The notes below the pieces were generated by a model. The model made no database searches. It was given only the letters and a program-made list of their open reading frames with translations, and had not been told where the DNA came from. This document shows positions 52,515 through 64,000 of a DNA stretch of 64,000 nucleotides, piece after piece. The stretch's first letter is position 1. Each line of letters starts with the position of its first letter. A program made the position numbers and the translations under genes. Source of the stretch: Eledone cirrhosa (taxonomy: Eukaryota); the NCBI GenBank assembly GCA_964016885.1, contig OZ024754.1, positions 4,464,001 through 4,528,000 on the forward strand, read 5' to 3'.

Positions 52515-52517
<3 letters not shown>
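52335..52517 (-). mobile_element. RTE (Expander/Rex3-like) LINE 3' end
   Basis: Minus: TRPRSIPQTRWLGNIHELGWSLLRIQPDQLDTVASDRTRWK...PRPSQE*, same family as 17820. Confidence 0.85.
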
Positions 52518-52556
<39 letters not shown>

Positions 52557-52560
<4 letters not shown>

Positions 52561-52735
52561 TAAACGGAAAAGAAAATGCTGACAAATTGTTCACAGTCAA
52601 AAATAGTTTAATTAGGAATAAGTGAGAATTAGTAATAGTATTGGTTAGTATTCAGTTTTGGTTTTAAGTTTTACCGGTTGCGCATTTCTAATGCTTTTCA
52701 AAAATAATTTTGAGATAGAGCGTCCGTGATGTTTG
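52557..52735. mobile_element. Dispersed (TA)n-adjacent repeat, inverted paralog at 62626-62803
   Basis: aagaaaatgctgacaaattgttc...gagatagagcg.ccgtgatgttt shared. Confidence 0.7.
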
Positions 52736-52740
52736 CTCTC

Positions 52741-52787
<47 letters not shown>

Positions 52788-53109
52788 GTGATGGCTGCAA
52801 ACTCTGCTAAGAGTACTGCAATTGCTTGGAGGATTATAGAGTTTGGTGCACTTTTAGGCTACGGCCAGTCACACAAACCTGTAACATATCCTGAACAAGC
52901 AATGCATGTGCTTTGAATGTTTTTGTAAGTGGGGAAAGGCCTTGCACTCGACCCATCCCACTCTCTGACCATCGAAAACACTACCCGAAAAGGAGAACTG
53001 GTCAACATCGTCGGATGTTTCCGAAGCCGCAGGTCTTTCTTTTTTTTTTTTTTCAGAGTTTCGCTCTCCTAGAAAAGTGTTGTGACAACAACAGGGGGTC
53101 TTTCACTCC

Positions 53110-53207
53110 CAGGTGAAAAAAAAAATGTATACACACTTTGATTACCTCTACAGGCAATATTTATTAGAATGCTGTTGAAGTGTATATACATTTTGGGGAC
53201 ACCCTGT
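53110..53207. mobile_element. MITE family M1
   Basis: Body plus right TIR ggggacaccctg-TA. Confidence 0.75.
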
Positions 53208-53361
53208 ATATATATATATATATATGTATTTTTTTTTTTTTTTAGGAACGATCGACTTTCGTCAAATCGGACCGGGAAACAATGTTTCCGTTGGTCTTTC
53301 CAATATATATATATATATATATGTTGCATAATATATGCAGACAGGTGGTGCAGTGCACCTT

Positions 53362-53542
53362 ACTGCTGCATTAGTGCGGCAGAAACTCGAGTCCGGGACC
53401 TGGTAGGCACCCGTTTTACGTGTGTTGTATTGAGGCAAATAACTGTGTATATTCGGGTAATGTATCTTTCATTGTCCATTGAGTGCGCTGAGATACAACC
53501 GGTACTGGCATTGATAAATATGCTGGGTCTGTCAACACTTAT

Positions 53543-53546
<4 letters not shown>
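53362..53546 (+). mobile_element. HHR 3'-half element (paralog 62276-62458)
   Basis: Hairpin ctgctgcattagtgcggca(g) then GAAA-ctcgag-TC (palindromic stem III, GUC site); CUGANGA half missing; ends at (TA)n. Confidence 0.6.
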
Positions 53547-53596
<50 letters not shown>

Positions 53597-54456
53597 TTTT
53601 TTTTTTTTCTGAATGCGGAAACGTGTTGGTGTTGATTACGGGATGTACATATGTGTGCAAGTGTAATCGACTGCATAGGTTAAGTATCAGTATACGATCT
53701 AAGTGCATATAAGTGCAAGTGTGCATTCGATATCATACACCAGGAATGTACAGTAATACAATAATCATTTCTTTTATTTATCACAGGGGTGTCGGATGAA
53801 AGGGAAACAACAAAGGTTACAGGACTTTACCCAAGGTTACAGGACTTTACCCGAGATTCAGGATTTTACCTCAAACCCACTGCGTGTGCCACCATTGAAT
53901 CATCGGTAATCCTATTTATTATACCCACAAAATTTACCCATGATTTTAATTTGCCCATTGATGTTTTCCTATTTACCAGCATGCTTGATTTATCTCCTCA
54001 ATTTATCCACCATTGTGTCCGTAATCTTATTTATTGAGCTATTTTACCCACCAATTTAAACCAGTCTTTTACCCATGATTGTAATTTGTTAACTATTTTA
54101 CTCTTGATTTTAGCCACGATTTACCCTCTTTCCATCCACTATATTAGCCACTTTGTCTAGAGTTACACCTTGAGGAGGAAATGGTCAGTAAATCCTTTCA
54201 ATGTGGTGTTCCAATATAACCACAGGCTAATGACTGAAACCAGTAACAAATATACATATCTATATATATATATAAATAATTCATTGCAAGACAAGTGACC
54301 ACATAGAAGCTCAGAAGACTCGGTTTTGATGGGTTTAAGTACATTCGGGTAAGATCACAATTCAAGAAATACAATAACCTACATAGAAGAAATTAAGAGA
54401 GAAGCGTTTTGGGAGTAATCTATATTACGATCGCAGCTCCCTCTGTACATTTTCAG

Positions 54457-54542
54457 ATGTTATCAAGGAGATGTACTCTGGTACAGCCACTTCACGTATT
54501 TTTATTCTCTTACTCTACGCCGTAATGGTGGTCGTGCTGTAA
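54457..54542 (+). CDS. Candidate terminal exon encoding a GPI-anchor-like C-terminal signal (unverified)
   Basis: Acceptor ctgtacattttcag; (x)VIKEMYSGTATSRIFILLLYAVMVVVL*: small residues, short spacer, then a hydrophobic tail ending at the stop. Confidence 0.3.
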
Positions 54543-54949
54543 ATAGCAGACATTGCTTATATTGGACGGCCAAAGTTTAACTGTCGCCTGGCGGTTGATT
54601 ACGTCAGAGGCAAAGTGCAAACTTGCTACTCAAGGCTGTCAAATATGATACACTCTGTTACTACTGGACATATTAGCTTGGCTATTTCACAAGCTAATCA
54701 AATAGAATTATTTGAACGATAAGTTAATAAGGCAATGTGTCTCATCAGACTCGTTTAATCATATCACAGCCTATTAGAGAAGAGTACACATGAAACAATA
54801 TGCCACATCATATTACAATATACAACACTTAGGTTGTAATCATTACACATTACACATTGTGTCATAACATACCGCACTATATAATATCACTGACAACACA
54901 TACACACTCCATGACTGAGTGCACGCACGCACACACTCCATGACTGAGT

Positions 54950-55026
<77 letters not shown>

Positions 55027-55035
<9 letters not shown>

Positions 55036-55297
55036 GCTCAAACACATACGCTCAAACACATACGCTCAAACACATACGCTCAAACACATACGCTCAAACG
55101 CATTCGCTCAAACGCATTCGCTCAAACGCATTCGCTCAAACACAGACGCACAAACACAGACGCACAAACACATACGCACAAACACATACGCACAAACACA
55201 TACGCACAAACACATACGCACAAACACATACGCACAAACACATACGCACAAACACATGCGCACAAACACATGCGCACAAACACATGCGCACAAACAC
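55027..55297. repeat. 14-bp minisatellite (aacacatacgc[t/a]ca) following (CA)n
   Basis: Blocks of variant units. Confidence 0.9.
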
Positions 55298-55432
55298 ACA
55301 AAGAAACAGGCACACACATATAGATATATACGTACACACATACACAGTAAAATACCCACAAACATATATACACGCATATACACACAAACATATATACACG
55401 CATATTTACACAAACATATAGGTACGTGTGTA

Positions 55433-55468
<36 letters not shown>

Positions 55469-55514
55469 GTACAAGGGATATTTAATTTGTTAGAAATACA
55501 ACAAATAAATATAA

Positions 55515-55715
55515 ATGTTTATAACTGATTCAGAGCACTCGACAGCTCTCTAGAGTAAATATTTAATGATATTAAATAAATGAAAACTATATTTATAAAA
55601 CCATATTTATTCTATTATATATATTTCAAGGGTACCAACATTTTGTTACCCTTGAAATATATATAATAGAATAAATATGGTTTTATAAATATAGTTTTCA
55701 TTTATTTAATATCAT

Positions 55716-55717
<2 letters not shown>
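55515..55717. mobile_element. Foldback element: palindrome 55564-55717 plus ~49 bp tail
   Basis: 71-bp arms, fold 7 nt upstream of GAAA-tatata-TA; same family as 41281. Confidence 0.8.
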
Positions 55718-55749
<32 letters not shown>

Positions 55750-55856
55750 TATGTGTGTATTTATGTAGGTATGTGTGTTGGTTTGCATGTGGTTATAGTA
55801 ATGTCTATATATATGTGAGTGTGTGTCTGTCTGTCTGTGTGTGTGTGTGCAACTGA

Positions 55857-55904
<48 letters not shown>

Positions 55905-55912
55905 TGTTACCT

Positions 55913-55983
55913 TATTTTATCTGATGATAACGCAACTATCGTCCCAGGATGATATTTGTTTTTGAAATGCGCATAATAATATA
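55913..55983 (+). ncRNA. Type-I hammerhead ribozyme motif
   Basis: ttat-CTGATGA-stem II-GAAA-tgcgca-TA-ataa; palindromic stem III ATGCGCAT; paralog of 28088. Confidence 0.75.
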
Positions 55984-56016
55984 TATGGAACTTTTTAACC
56001 ATCTTTTAATTTCTTC

Positions 56017-56075
<59 letters not shown>

Positions 56076-56439
56076 TAAATTGTTTCTACTTTTGGCACAA
56101 GGACAGTAATTATCCCAGTAGGTTACTGGTAGATATTAATATAACATATACAGGCAAACTTAACATATACTTACATAAATACATACTTATATACATATAT
56201 ACATACACAACTATGCATGAATACTTACAAACATATACATATATGCATATATTCTTGCAAATATATATGCATGTGTGCATATATATATGCATGCATATAT
56301 GCATATATATATATACACACAGAACTATGTATGAATATTTACAAATATATTTACATATATACATGTAAATATATATACATTAGTTTGCATATATATGTGT
56401 GTGTGTGTGTGTCTGTGTGTGCAAATATACACACATGCA

Positions 56440-56471
<32 letters not shown>

Positions 56472-57145
56472 CATACATACATACATCATACATACATTAT
56501 ACATACATTATACATACATACATACACACATGCATACATACATGCATATATACATTATAAATACATACATACATACATACATACACATATTGTAAATACA
56601 CACACCGACGCACACACAGACAGACATACACTCACGCACACGCATGCACACACGCACACACACACACACATATGCACACACACACACACACTTGTAAATA
56701 AAGAACATCAAGAAATCCAAAGCTGCAGCATGGACCAACATAGGAAACTCCGTTCAATTGAGATGTACACACAACGAGACCTACAGCGATAATGGCTGAT
56801 ACAATGGCGAACGTAAAACAAAATGGAAGCTACATCTAACTAACACTACACAATACCAAGCTGTTCCGCTAAAGCGAGCCATGTCAAAAGTATAAGCCGT
56901 CTCTGATTCAAAGGCCGTCCAGTTGTTTATATTACATAAGCACGTTCGAATGCCTTGGGGCCGCAATCTCAGAAAATACAGGAAGTTATGAAGGGAGCAA
57001 AGCTGTTTCTTTAACTCAACCGAAATTGCCACTCTTGCTTGTTGTTGTGAAAGGAAGGGTTCCAATTGCGTTTGTTATGTTATAGAGACGAGACACACAT
57101 ACAAACATGGGTACAAGCACACACACATGCACATACAAGGACTCG

Positions 57146-57256
<111 letters not shown>

Positions 57257-57349
57257 GGTTGTGTAGTTGCTCATATATGAGAATACACAATAACATATAC
57301 ATATTAGTGCATGCACCTTCATGCATTCATTTTCTCTCTCTCTCTCTCT

Positions 57350-57447
<98 letters not shown>

Positions 57448-57453
57448 TATTGC

Positions 57454-57532
<79 letters not shown>

Positions 57533-57595
57533 TACACGCGCGCACAAATGTAGATATGCTCTCACTTTCATCTTTCACGCATATACATTCATACA

Positions 57596-57630
<35 letters not shown>

Positions 57631-57691
57631 TCACAGATATGTACACACTTAGACATATGCATATGAAAATATATTCATGATGTACGCACAA

Positions 57692-57730
<39 letters not shown>

Positions 57731-57989
57731 TAAGTATGTATATATGTGTGTATGTATGTATAGGGATGGGAGAGAACAGTTAATGTGTGAGTGTATGTAT
57801 GTGTTTGTATGTGTGTATAAATCCAATGCTGGAAACAGTCTCCCGCTATTATTTTATGCATGACATTAAAATACAACAGAAAAATATAATATAAAAACTA
57901 AGGAGAATTGTTTAGACAAAGCAGAAAGTATTTTATTAAGCCGTGGATTTTGAAGTAGAGGTGAGGTTGTTTTTTGCACTGGAATTCTC

Positions 57990-58089
57990 CTATGTATGGT
58001 TGACAGTTCTTATTGTGTTAACTGGAATATTCAAAGAGGGAACTCGGCCTTTGTAAATGAAGAACTCATTTCTTTTGGCTACTTTCATT
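57990..58089 (-). CDS. Candidate terminal coding exon (unverified)
   Basis: Strong acceptor ttattttcttctcattacag; (x)MKVAKRNEFFIYKGRVPSLNIPVNTIRTVNHT*; AATAAA at 57937-57932. Confidence 0.3.
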
Positions 58090-58346
58090 CTGTAATGAGA
58101 AGAAAATAACTACTTCATATAATTGGCTACAATATTTCCCAGAATATGCGACATATATATTACAGTAGTCTAAATCCGGGGTTCATATGAACCCGAAGGG
58201 CTCATCAAAATCTTGTTAGGGTTTGTGAAAAAAAAAAAAAATGACCTCACAAGATCTGTCACTAAACCTTGGCAATTCATTACAGGATACTGTGTAACAT
58301 TCCTAAGATCCCACTTTATTCTTCAAGAAATTGTTGTGTGTGTATG

Positions 58347-58400
<54 letters not shown>

Positions 58401-58503
58401 CACAAGATGTCCCTTAAAATGTATACATACTTCAAAAGCATTCTAATAAATATTGCCTGAACAAGTAATCAAAGTATGTATACATTTTGGGGGTACACCA
58501 TGT
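58401..58503. mobile_element. MITE family M1
   Basis: Body matches the 16468 copy; degenerate TIRs. Confidence 0.7.
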
Positions 58504-58602
58504 ATATATATGTGGGGAAGGATTGTGTGTGAGTAAAACGTAAACGGAAACAACAAAGCAAACGACACAGTACAATGAAGTAATACATTAGTTTAACGTG
58601 TT

Positions 58603-58659
<57 letters not shown>

Positions 58660-58742
58660 AGCATTCCTGTAATCCTAGTCAAAATATATGCGTTTAGGTA
58701 TGTGTTTGTACAGAAGGGAAGTATGTTAATAATAATATATAT

Positions 58743-59127
58743 ATATTGTTATACTTTGGGAGGGTCATGTTGCCAATAAGAAACACACGCACCAGGTGTT
58801 TCACTCCAATTTATTATAAATTAAATTTATAAATTTAAGAATTTATAAATTTCCGGTTGGTTGGTTTTTGAAAAAACAAGATGGCGTAGGACAGAACAAA
58901 GGAGAGGCACAAAACAAAGAAAAAAAATCCTCAGTCACTGAAGAGGTCACAGAATTTGTGACCAAAGAACTTTGACAATATATGAACAACCGTCCGGTTA
59001 TGGAACAAACCAACCAAACGGAAATTTATAAATTCTTAAATTTATAAATTTAATTTATAATAAATTGGAGTGAAAGCAATGGTGCGTGTGTTCTTATTGG
59101 CAACATGACACTCCCAAAGCAATAATA
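58743..59127. mobile_element. Foldback element: ~120-bp inverted arms around a ~140-bp loop containing a degenerate HHR (58934-58976)
   Basis: Arms match the 49523 family; loop has gtca-CTGAAGA-ggtcaca.gaatt.tgtgacc-(G missing)AAA-gaac-TT-tgac. Confidence 0.7.
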
Positions 59128-59279
59128 GTGCTTTCGCGGAATTAAAATTCTGAAGTAAATTTTCCAGTCTGGCCTTCTGATATATATATATATATATGGA
59201 CCTGTTATTTTTATCTAAAGACATTGTTTTTTCAATTCCATCCTACCCGGCCCCTCAATCTATCTTATTTCTCATTCTT

Positions 59280-59315
59280 TCTTCTGATGAAGGAATAGCG
59301 TCCGAAACGTTAAGA
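59280..59315 (+). ncRNA. Minimal type-I hammerhead ribozyme (dimer-type) in element ~59225-59395
   Basis: TCTT-CTGATGA-aggaatagcgtcc-GAAA-CG-TT-AAGA: perfect 4-bp stem I, loopless palindromic stem III (ACGT), GUU site. Confidence 0.8.
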
Positions 59316-59395
59316 TCCTCTTCCTGCTATATAAAGCGTTATCCCTTTCATATACTGTACCGATTGTGTTGTTATTTCTGTTTACCATTTACACA

Positions 59396-59426
<31 letters not shown>

Positions 59427-59442
59427 GTGTGTGTGTGTGTGC

Positions 59443-59628
59443 ATAGAACAATGAAAAGAAGACAGAAGTCAGTTGTACGTAGTTAGTTAGTTCAGTGTTT
59501 TACGATCGTTTCAGAGGGTTAATTGATCGTTGGAGGTCGATATATCGACTAGTATGGTAGTGTTTAAGATACCTATTTTAAACTATTGTTTAAACTACCT
59601 ATTCCTAGTCTCAAAATCCCTGTTCAAG
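59443..59628 (-). mobile_element. 5'-truncated paralog of the 13428 long-stem-II HHR element
   Basis: Minus: gaacagggattttgagactagg...aaccctctGAAAcgatcgTAaaacactgaac. Confidence 0.7.
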
Positions 59629-59696
59629 GATACATTGAGTTCCAAACAACGTTATCAGTTTCACCACAACCAGGTGGAATACGATATATACATATA

Positions 59697-59876
59697 ACTG
59701 TTCTACTTTTGGCACAAGGCCAGCAATAATCTCAGTGTATTACTGGTACTTTATTTTATCGACCCTGTAAGGATGAAAGGCAAAGTTAACCACGGCGGGA
59801 TTAGAACTCAGATCATAAAGGGAGGTAACTCTATGCTTCAAAGCATGGCGTCTGGCCCTCTACCGATACTGCCATT
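59697..59876 (-). mobile_element. SINE family A
   Basis: Consensus match. Confidence 0.88.
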
Positions 59877-59879
59877 CAA

Positions 59880-61080
59880 CGTTGTTGTTGTTGTTGTCGT
59901 CGATCTTGCCGTTGTTATTGTCATTGTCATTTTCGTTGTTGTTGTTTTTGTTGTTGTTGTCGTTATTGTTGTCATCGTTGTTATTGCCGTTGTAGTTGTT
60001 GTTATTGTCACCGTTGTTATTGTCATCGTTGTTATTGTCATCGTTGTCATTGTTATGCTTGTCGTCGTTACTGTTGTGCTTGTAGTTGTTACTGTTGTGC
60101 TTGTAGTTGTTACTGTTGTGCTTGTCGTTGTTGTTGTGCTTGTCGTTGTTGTTGTGCTTGTCGTTGTTACTGTTGTTGTTGTTGTTGTGCTTGTCGTTGT
60201 TACTGTTGTTGTCGTTGTTACTGTTGTTGTTGTGCTTGTCGTTGTTACTGTTGTTGTCGTTGTTGTTGTGCTTGTCGTTGTTACTGTTGTGCTTGTCGTT
60301 GTTGTTGTGCTTGTCGTTGTTGTTGTGCTTGTCGTTGTTGTTGTGCTTGTCGTTGTTGTTGTGCTTGTCGTTGTTACTGTTGTGCTTGTCGTTGTTACTG
60401 TTGTTGTCGTTGTTACTGTTGTGCTTGTCATTGTTGTTGTGCTTGTCGTTGTTACTGTTGTTGTCGTTGTTACTGTTGTGCTTGTCGTTGTTGTTGTGCT
60501 TGTCGTTGTTGTTGTGCTTGTCGTTGTTACTGTTGTTGTCGTTGTTACTGTTGTGCTTGTCGTTGTTGTTGTGCTTGTCGTTGTTACTGTTGTTGTCGTT
60601 GTTACTGTTGTGCTTGTCGTTGTGCTTGTCGTTGTTACTGTTGTTGTCGTTGTTACTGTTGTGCTTGTCGTTGTTGTTGTGCTTGTTGTTACTGTTGTTG
60701 TCGTTGTTACTGTTGTGCTTGTCGTTGTTGTTGTGCTTGTCGTTGTTGTTGTGCTTGTCGTTGATACTGTTGTTGTCGTTGTTACTGTTGTGCTTGTCAT
60801 TGTTGTTGTGCTTGTCGTTGTTACTGTTGTTGTCGTTGTTACTGTTGTGCTTGTCGTTGTTACTGTTGTGCTTGTCGTTGTTACTGTTGTGCTTGTCGTC
60901 GTTACTGTTGTTGTTGTTGTCGTTGCCACTGGTGTTATTACTGATGTTGTTATTAATGATATTAATGTTGTCGTTGTTGTCATTGGTGTTGTAGTTGTTG
61001 TCGTTGTTGTCGTTGTTGTCATTGGTGTTATAGTTGTTGTTATTGTTGTCGTTGTTGTAGTTATTGTTGTTGTTGTCGTT
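59880..61080. repeat. (GTT)-derived satellite with gtgcttgtcgttgttactgtt higher-order unit
   Basis: Direct inspection; source of the poly-V/T/L ORFs. Confidence 0.95.
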
Positions 61081-61206
61081 AATGCAGCTTTGTTTTATGG
61101 TGGTTTTATTGATATATTGTCAAGATGTTCTTTTTAGGTTTTATATTCATATATTTTATATGGTTTTGCACTGTACCCCTTGAGATAAATAGAAACAATT
61201 TCTTTT

Positions 61207-61281
<75 letters not shown>

Positions 61282-61305
61282 CGTGTATTGTCTGTATGTA
61301 GGCAT

Positions 61306-61344
<39 letters not shown>

Positions 61345-62217
61345 CATGCATATATACATATATATATATATATATATATCCAGGGGGTGTAACTATATAT
61401 ATATATATATATATATATACATGCATATATACACATATATATATACACACACATACATATATATATATATATACATTATATATATATATTATATATATAT
61501 ATATTATATATATTATATATATATATATTATATTATATATATTATATATATTATATATATATATATTATATTATATATATTATATTATATGTATTATATT
61601 ATATATATTATATATATATACATTGTATATATATATATATTATATATATTTATTATATTATATATATATTATATATATTTATTATATTATATATTTATTA
61701 TATTATATATTTATTATATTATATATTTATTATATATATATATATATATTATATATATATATATATTATATATATATTATATTATACATATATATATTAT
61801 ATATATATACACCCACACACATGGACACGAATATGTATGTAGCTATACTTAGGTTAATTATCTTGTGTGTGTGTGGTTGTGTGTGTGTGTGTGTGTAGCT
61901 CTTGTTATTCTCAGAGAATCTGAAGTACCGTTTTTTCTGCTACAACGTAAGTGTACAGCTGTTTGATTTATGGTAGAATGGAGAGTTCTGGAATTACAAT
62001 TCCTCGAAGAAGATACAAAAAGATATAATATTAGGAAGCAAGAAACCAAGAAATAAAAATAAAGCTCAGTAGGAATGGTTGAGTAGTTAGTCCGCTTCAC
62101 ATACTCTACCACCCCAAGTATTGAATACTATAATATAACCATACTCTACCACCCCAAGTTTTGAGTACTCTGTTGAGTAATGGGCTAACCAATTTCAAAC
62201 GAAATGCATCCGGATTG

Positions 62218-62277
<60 letters not shown>

Positions 62278-62799
62278 CATTAAGTGTGGTCGAACTCGAG
62301 TCCGGGAACTATTATAGGCACCCGTTTACGTGTGTTGTATTGAAGCGAATAACTATGTGTATACTCTGGGAATGTATTCTACATTACCTATTGAGTACGC
62401 TGAGATACAACCGGTCCTGGTATTGATAAATATGCTGGGTCCGTCAACTCCTTATTATATAAATTAACTGATATAAAAGATACAGAAGCGAAAACCAACC
62501 AAACAGTGAATGTGTTCTGTTATTAATTCTGGCAATATTATTACAACAATATGACCCTCCCCATATATATATAAGGCTTCCTGATTATTTCTCCCGAATG
62601 TTTGCTCTAATCTGTGATTAGAGAAAACATCACGGGCGCTCTATCTCAAAATTATTTTTGAAAAGCATTAGAAATACGCAACCGGTAAAAATTTTAAACT
62701 AAAACTGAATACTAACCAATACTTATTACTAATTTTTACTTATTCCTAATTAAACTATTTTTCACTGGGAACAATTTGTCAGCATTTTCTTTCCTTTTA

Positions 62800-62838
<39 letters not shown>

Positions 62839-62926
62839 GGCGGCCAACCTGACTGCTAAACGTGTGGCCACCTTCTTGTCTCTGCCTTTTCAGCCCCATG
62901 GATTATATTCCTTTGTTAAATTTCGA

Positions 62927-62984
62927 ATACCTGATGATGTCACCGGATTCATACTGAAACCGGTCATTGAAATATTCATAGTAT
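62927..62984 (+). ncRNA. Type-I hammerhead ribozyme motif in (TA)n-flanked element 62836-63030
   Basis: atac-CTGATGA-tgtcaccgg...ccggtcatt-GAAA-tattca-TA-gtat. Confidence 0.55.
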
Positions 62985-63065
62985 AATAAACCTTTAAGGA
63001 ATTACACCAGTCCAGCCTCCTGTTATTTTATAATATATATAATATATATATATAATATATATATG

Positions 63066-63192
63066 ACGGCGCGTGGCTGAGTGGTGCGTCGCAATCGTGA
63101 AGTTGTGAGTTCGATTCCCGGACTATGCGATACGTTACTTCCTTGGGCAAGACACTTTATTTCATGTTGCTCCTTCTACCTGGAGTTGCGAC
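63066..63192 (+). mobile_element. SINE family B, 3'-truncated
   Basis: ggcgcgtggctgagtggt A box, gagttcgattccc B box, ccttgggcaagacacttt. Confidence 0.8.
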
Positions 63193-63266
63193 AGCTAGAT
63201 CCGAACTCAGTTCGGATCTAGCTGTCGAAACGTTCCGAGCTCAGCCGTCAGGGTCCTGACTCTTAT

Positions 63267-63272
<6 letters not shown>
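63189..63272 (+). mobile_element. Foldback family of 7682: hairpin plus right arm
   Basis: Perfect hairpin cgacagctagatccgaact-c-agttcggatctagctgtcg followed by AAAcg...ctgactcttatcctata. Confidence 0.75.
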
Positions 63273-63316
<44 letters not shown>

Positions 63317-64000
63317 ATAAGAGTTAGGGCTCAGTGCTATATATATATATATAGCACTGAGCCCTAAATTTCTGCTGGAGCTTTAATATATACATTGTGA
63401 CATATAGTGTTTTGACTAGATCGTCAGCCCCTCCGATTTCTTCGAGAGAAAAGGAGAAGACAGACGGGAAGAAAAGCTAGACATGTATATACATATATAT
63501 ATATGCGTGTGTGTGTGTGTGTGTGTGTGTGCGCCCTTGTATTAGTGTCCACGCGTGTAGATGTGTTGATGTCTCATGACTACGTTTAACATTGCCTCAT
63601 TTCTGTCCATCGCAGACAACGCCCACACACCATATCTAGTTACAACCGACAGAGACCCCTAGCGTTTCGGTTAAAACCTTTCGGGAGAAACAGCCAAAAT
63701 AACAACAATAATAATCACTACAGCAGGGAATAAGGGGGACACTGCAGAAGGTTGAGAGGGGCGGCGGGGGAAGAAAGGGGTAAAGGAAAAACATACAGAT
63801 GTGTGCTGTCTCAAACTTATATAGACACGTGTGTGTGTGTGTGTGTGTGTGTGGCGAGTTGGCAAAGTGAATTGTTAGTACGTTACCATAAATAACTCGG
63901 GTTATGTTACGGCTGTCTGAGTTCTGAGTTCAAATCTTATCAGGTGTTGCGTCCTCTAGATATAATGACCAATAAAAAGTTGTTTTCATCTGATCTAAAT

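Noticed and set aside
53787-53905. Exon candidate upstream of the GPI-like exon
   Set aside because: Good acceptor, but the phase needed to join 54457 contains a stop, and it has a 20-bp internal duplication
59773-61137. Poly-Val/Thr/Leu ORFs
   Set aside because: (GTT)n-derived satellite starting inside an antisense SINE

Overview
This is AT-rich, microsatellite-saturated eukaryotic DNA. The repeat types are consistent with an octopod cephalopod, but that is an inference from SINE/LINE resemblance. No host gene can be identified with confidence, and almost all ORFs in the track are simple-repeat artefacts. The window is a mosaic of two tRNA-derived SINE families (about 25 copies), RTE-clade LINE fragments, hAT/TcMar/piggyBac-type MITEs with readable target-site duplications (TSDs), and several minisatellites, including a 45-bp array made from a SINE head. 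The most notable layer is about 20 short elements, mostly abutting (TA)n tracts, that carry minimal type-I hammerhead ribozyme (HHR) cores or halves of them, with family-specific palindromic stem III. Many are foldback inverted duplications with one longer arm, the architecture of Penelope-like element pseudo-LTRs, and several fold within the HHR stem II region. Four low-confidence candidate host exons are noted.
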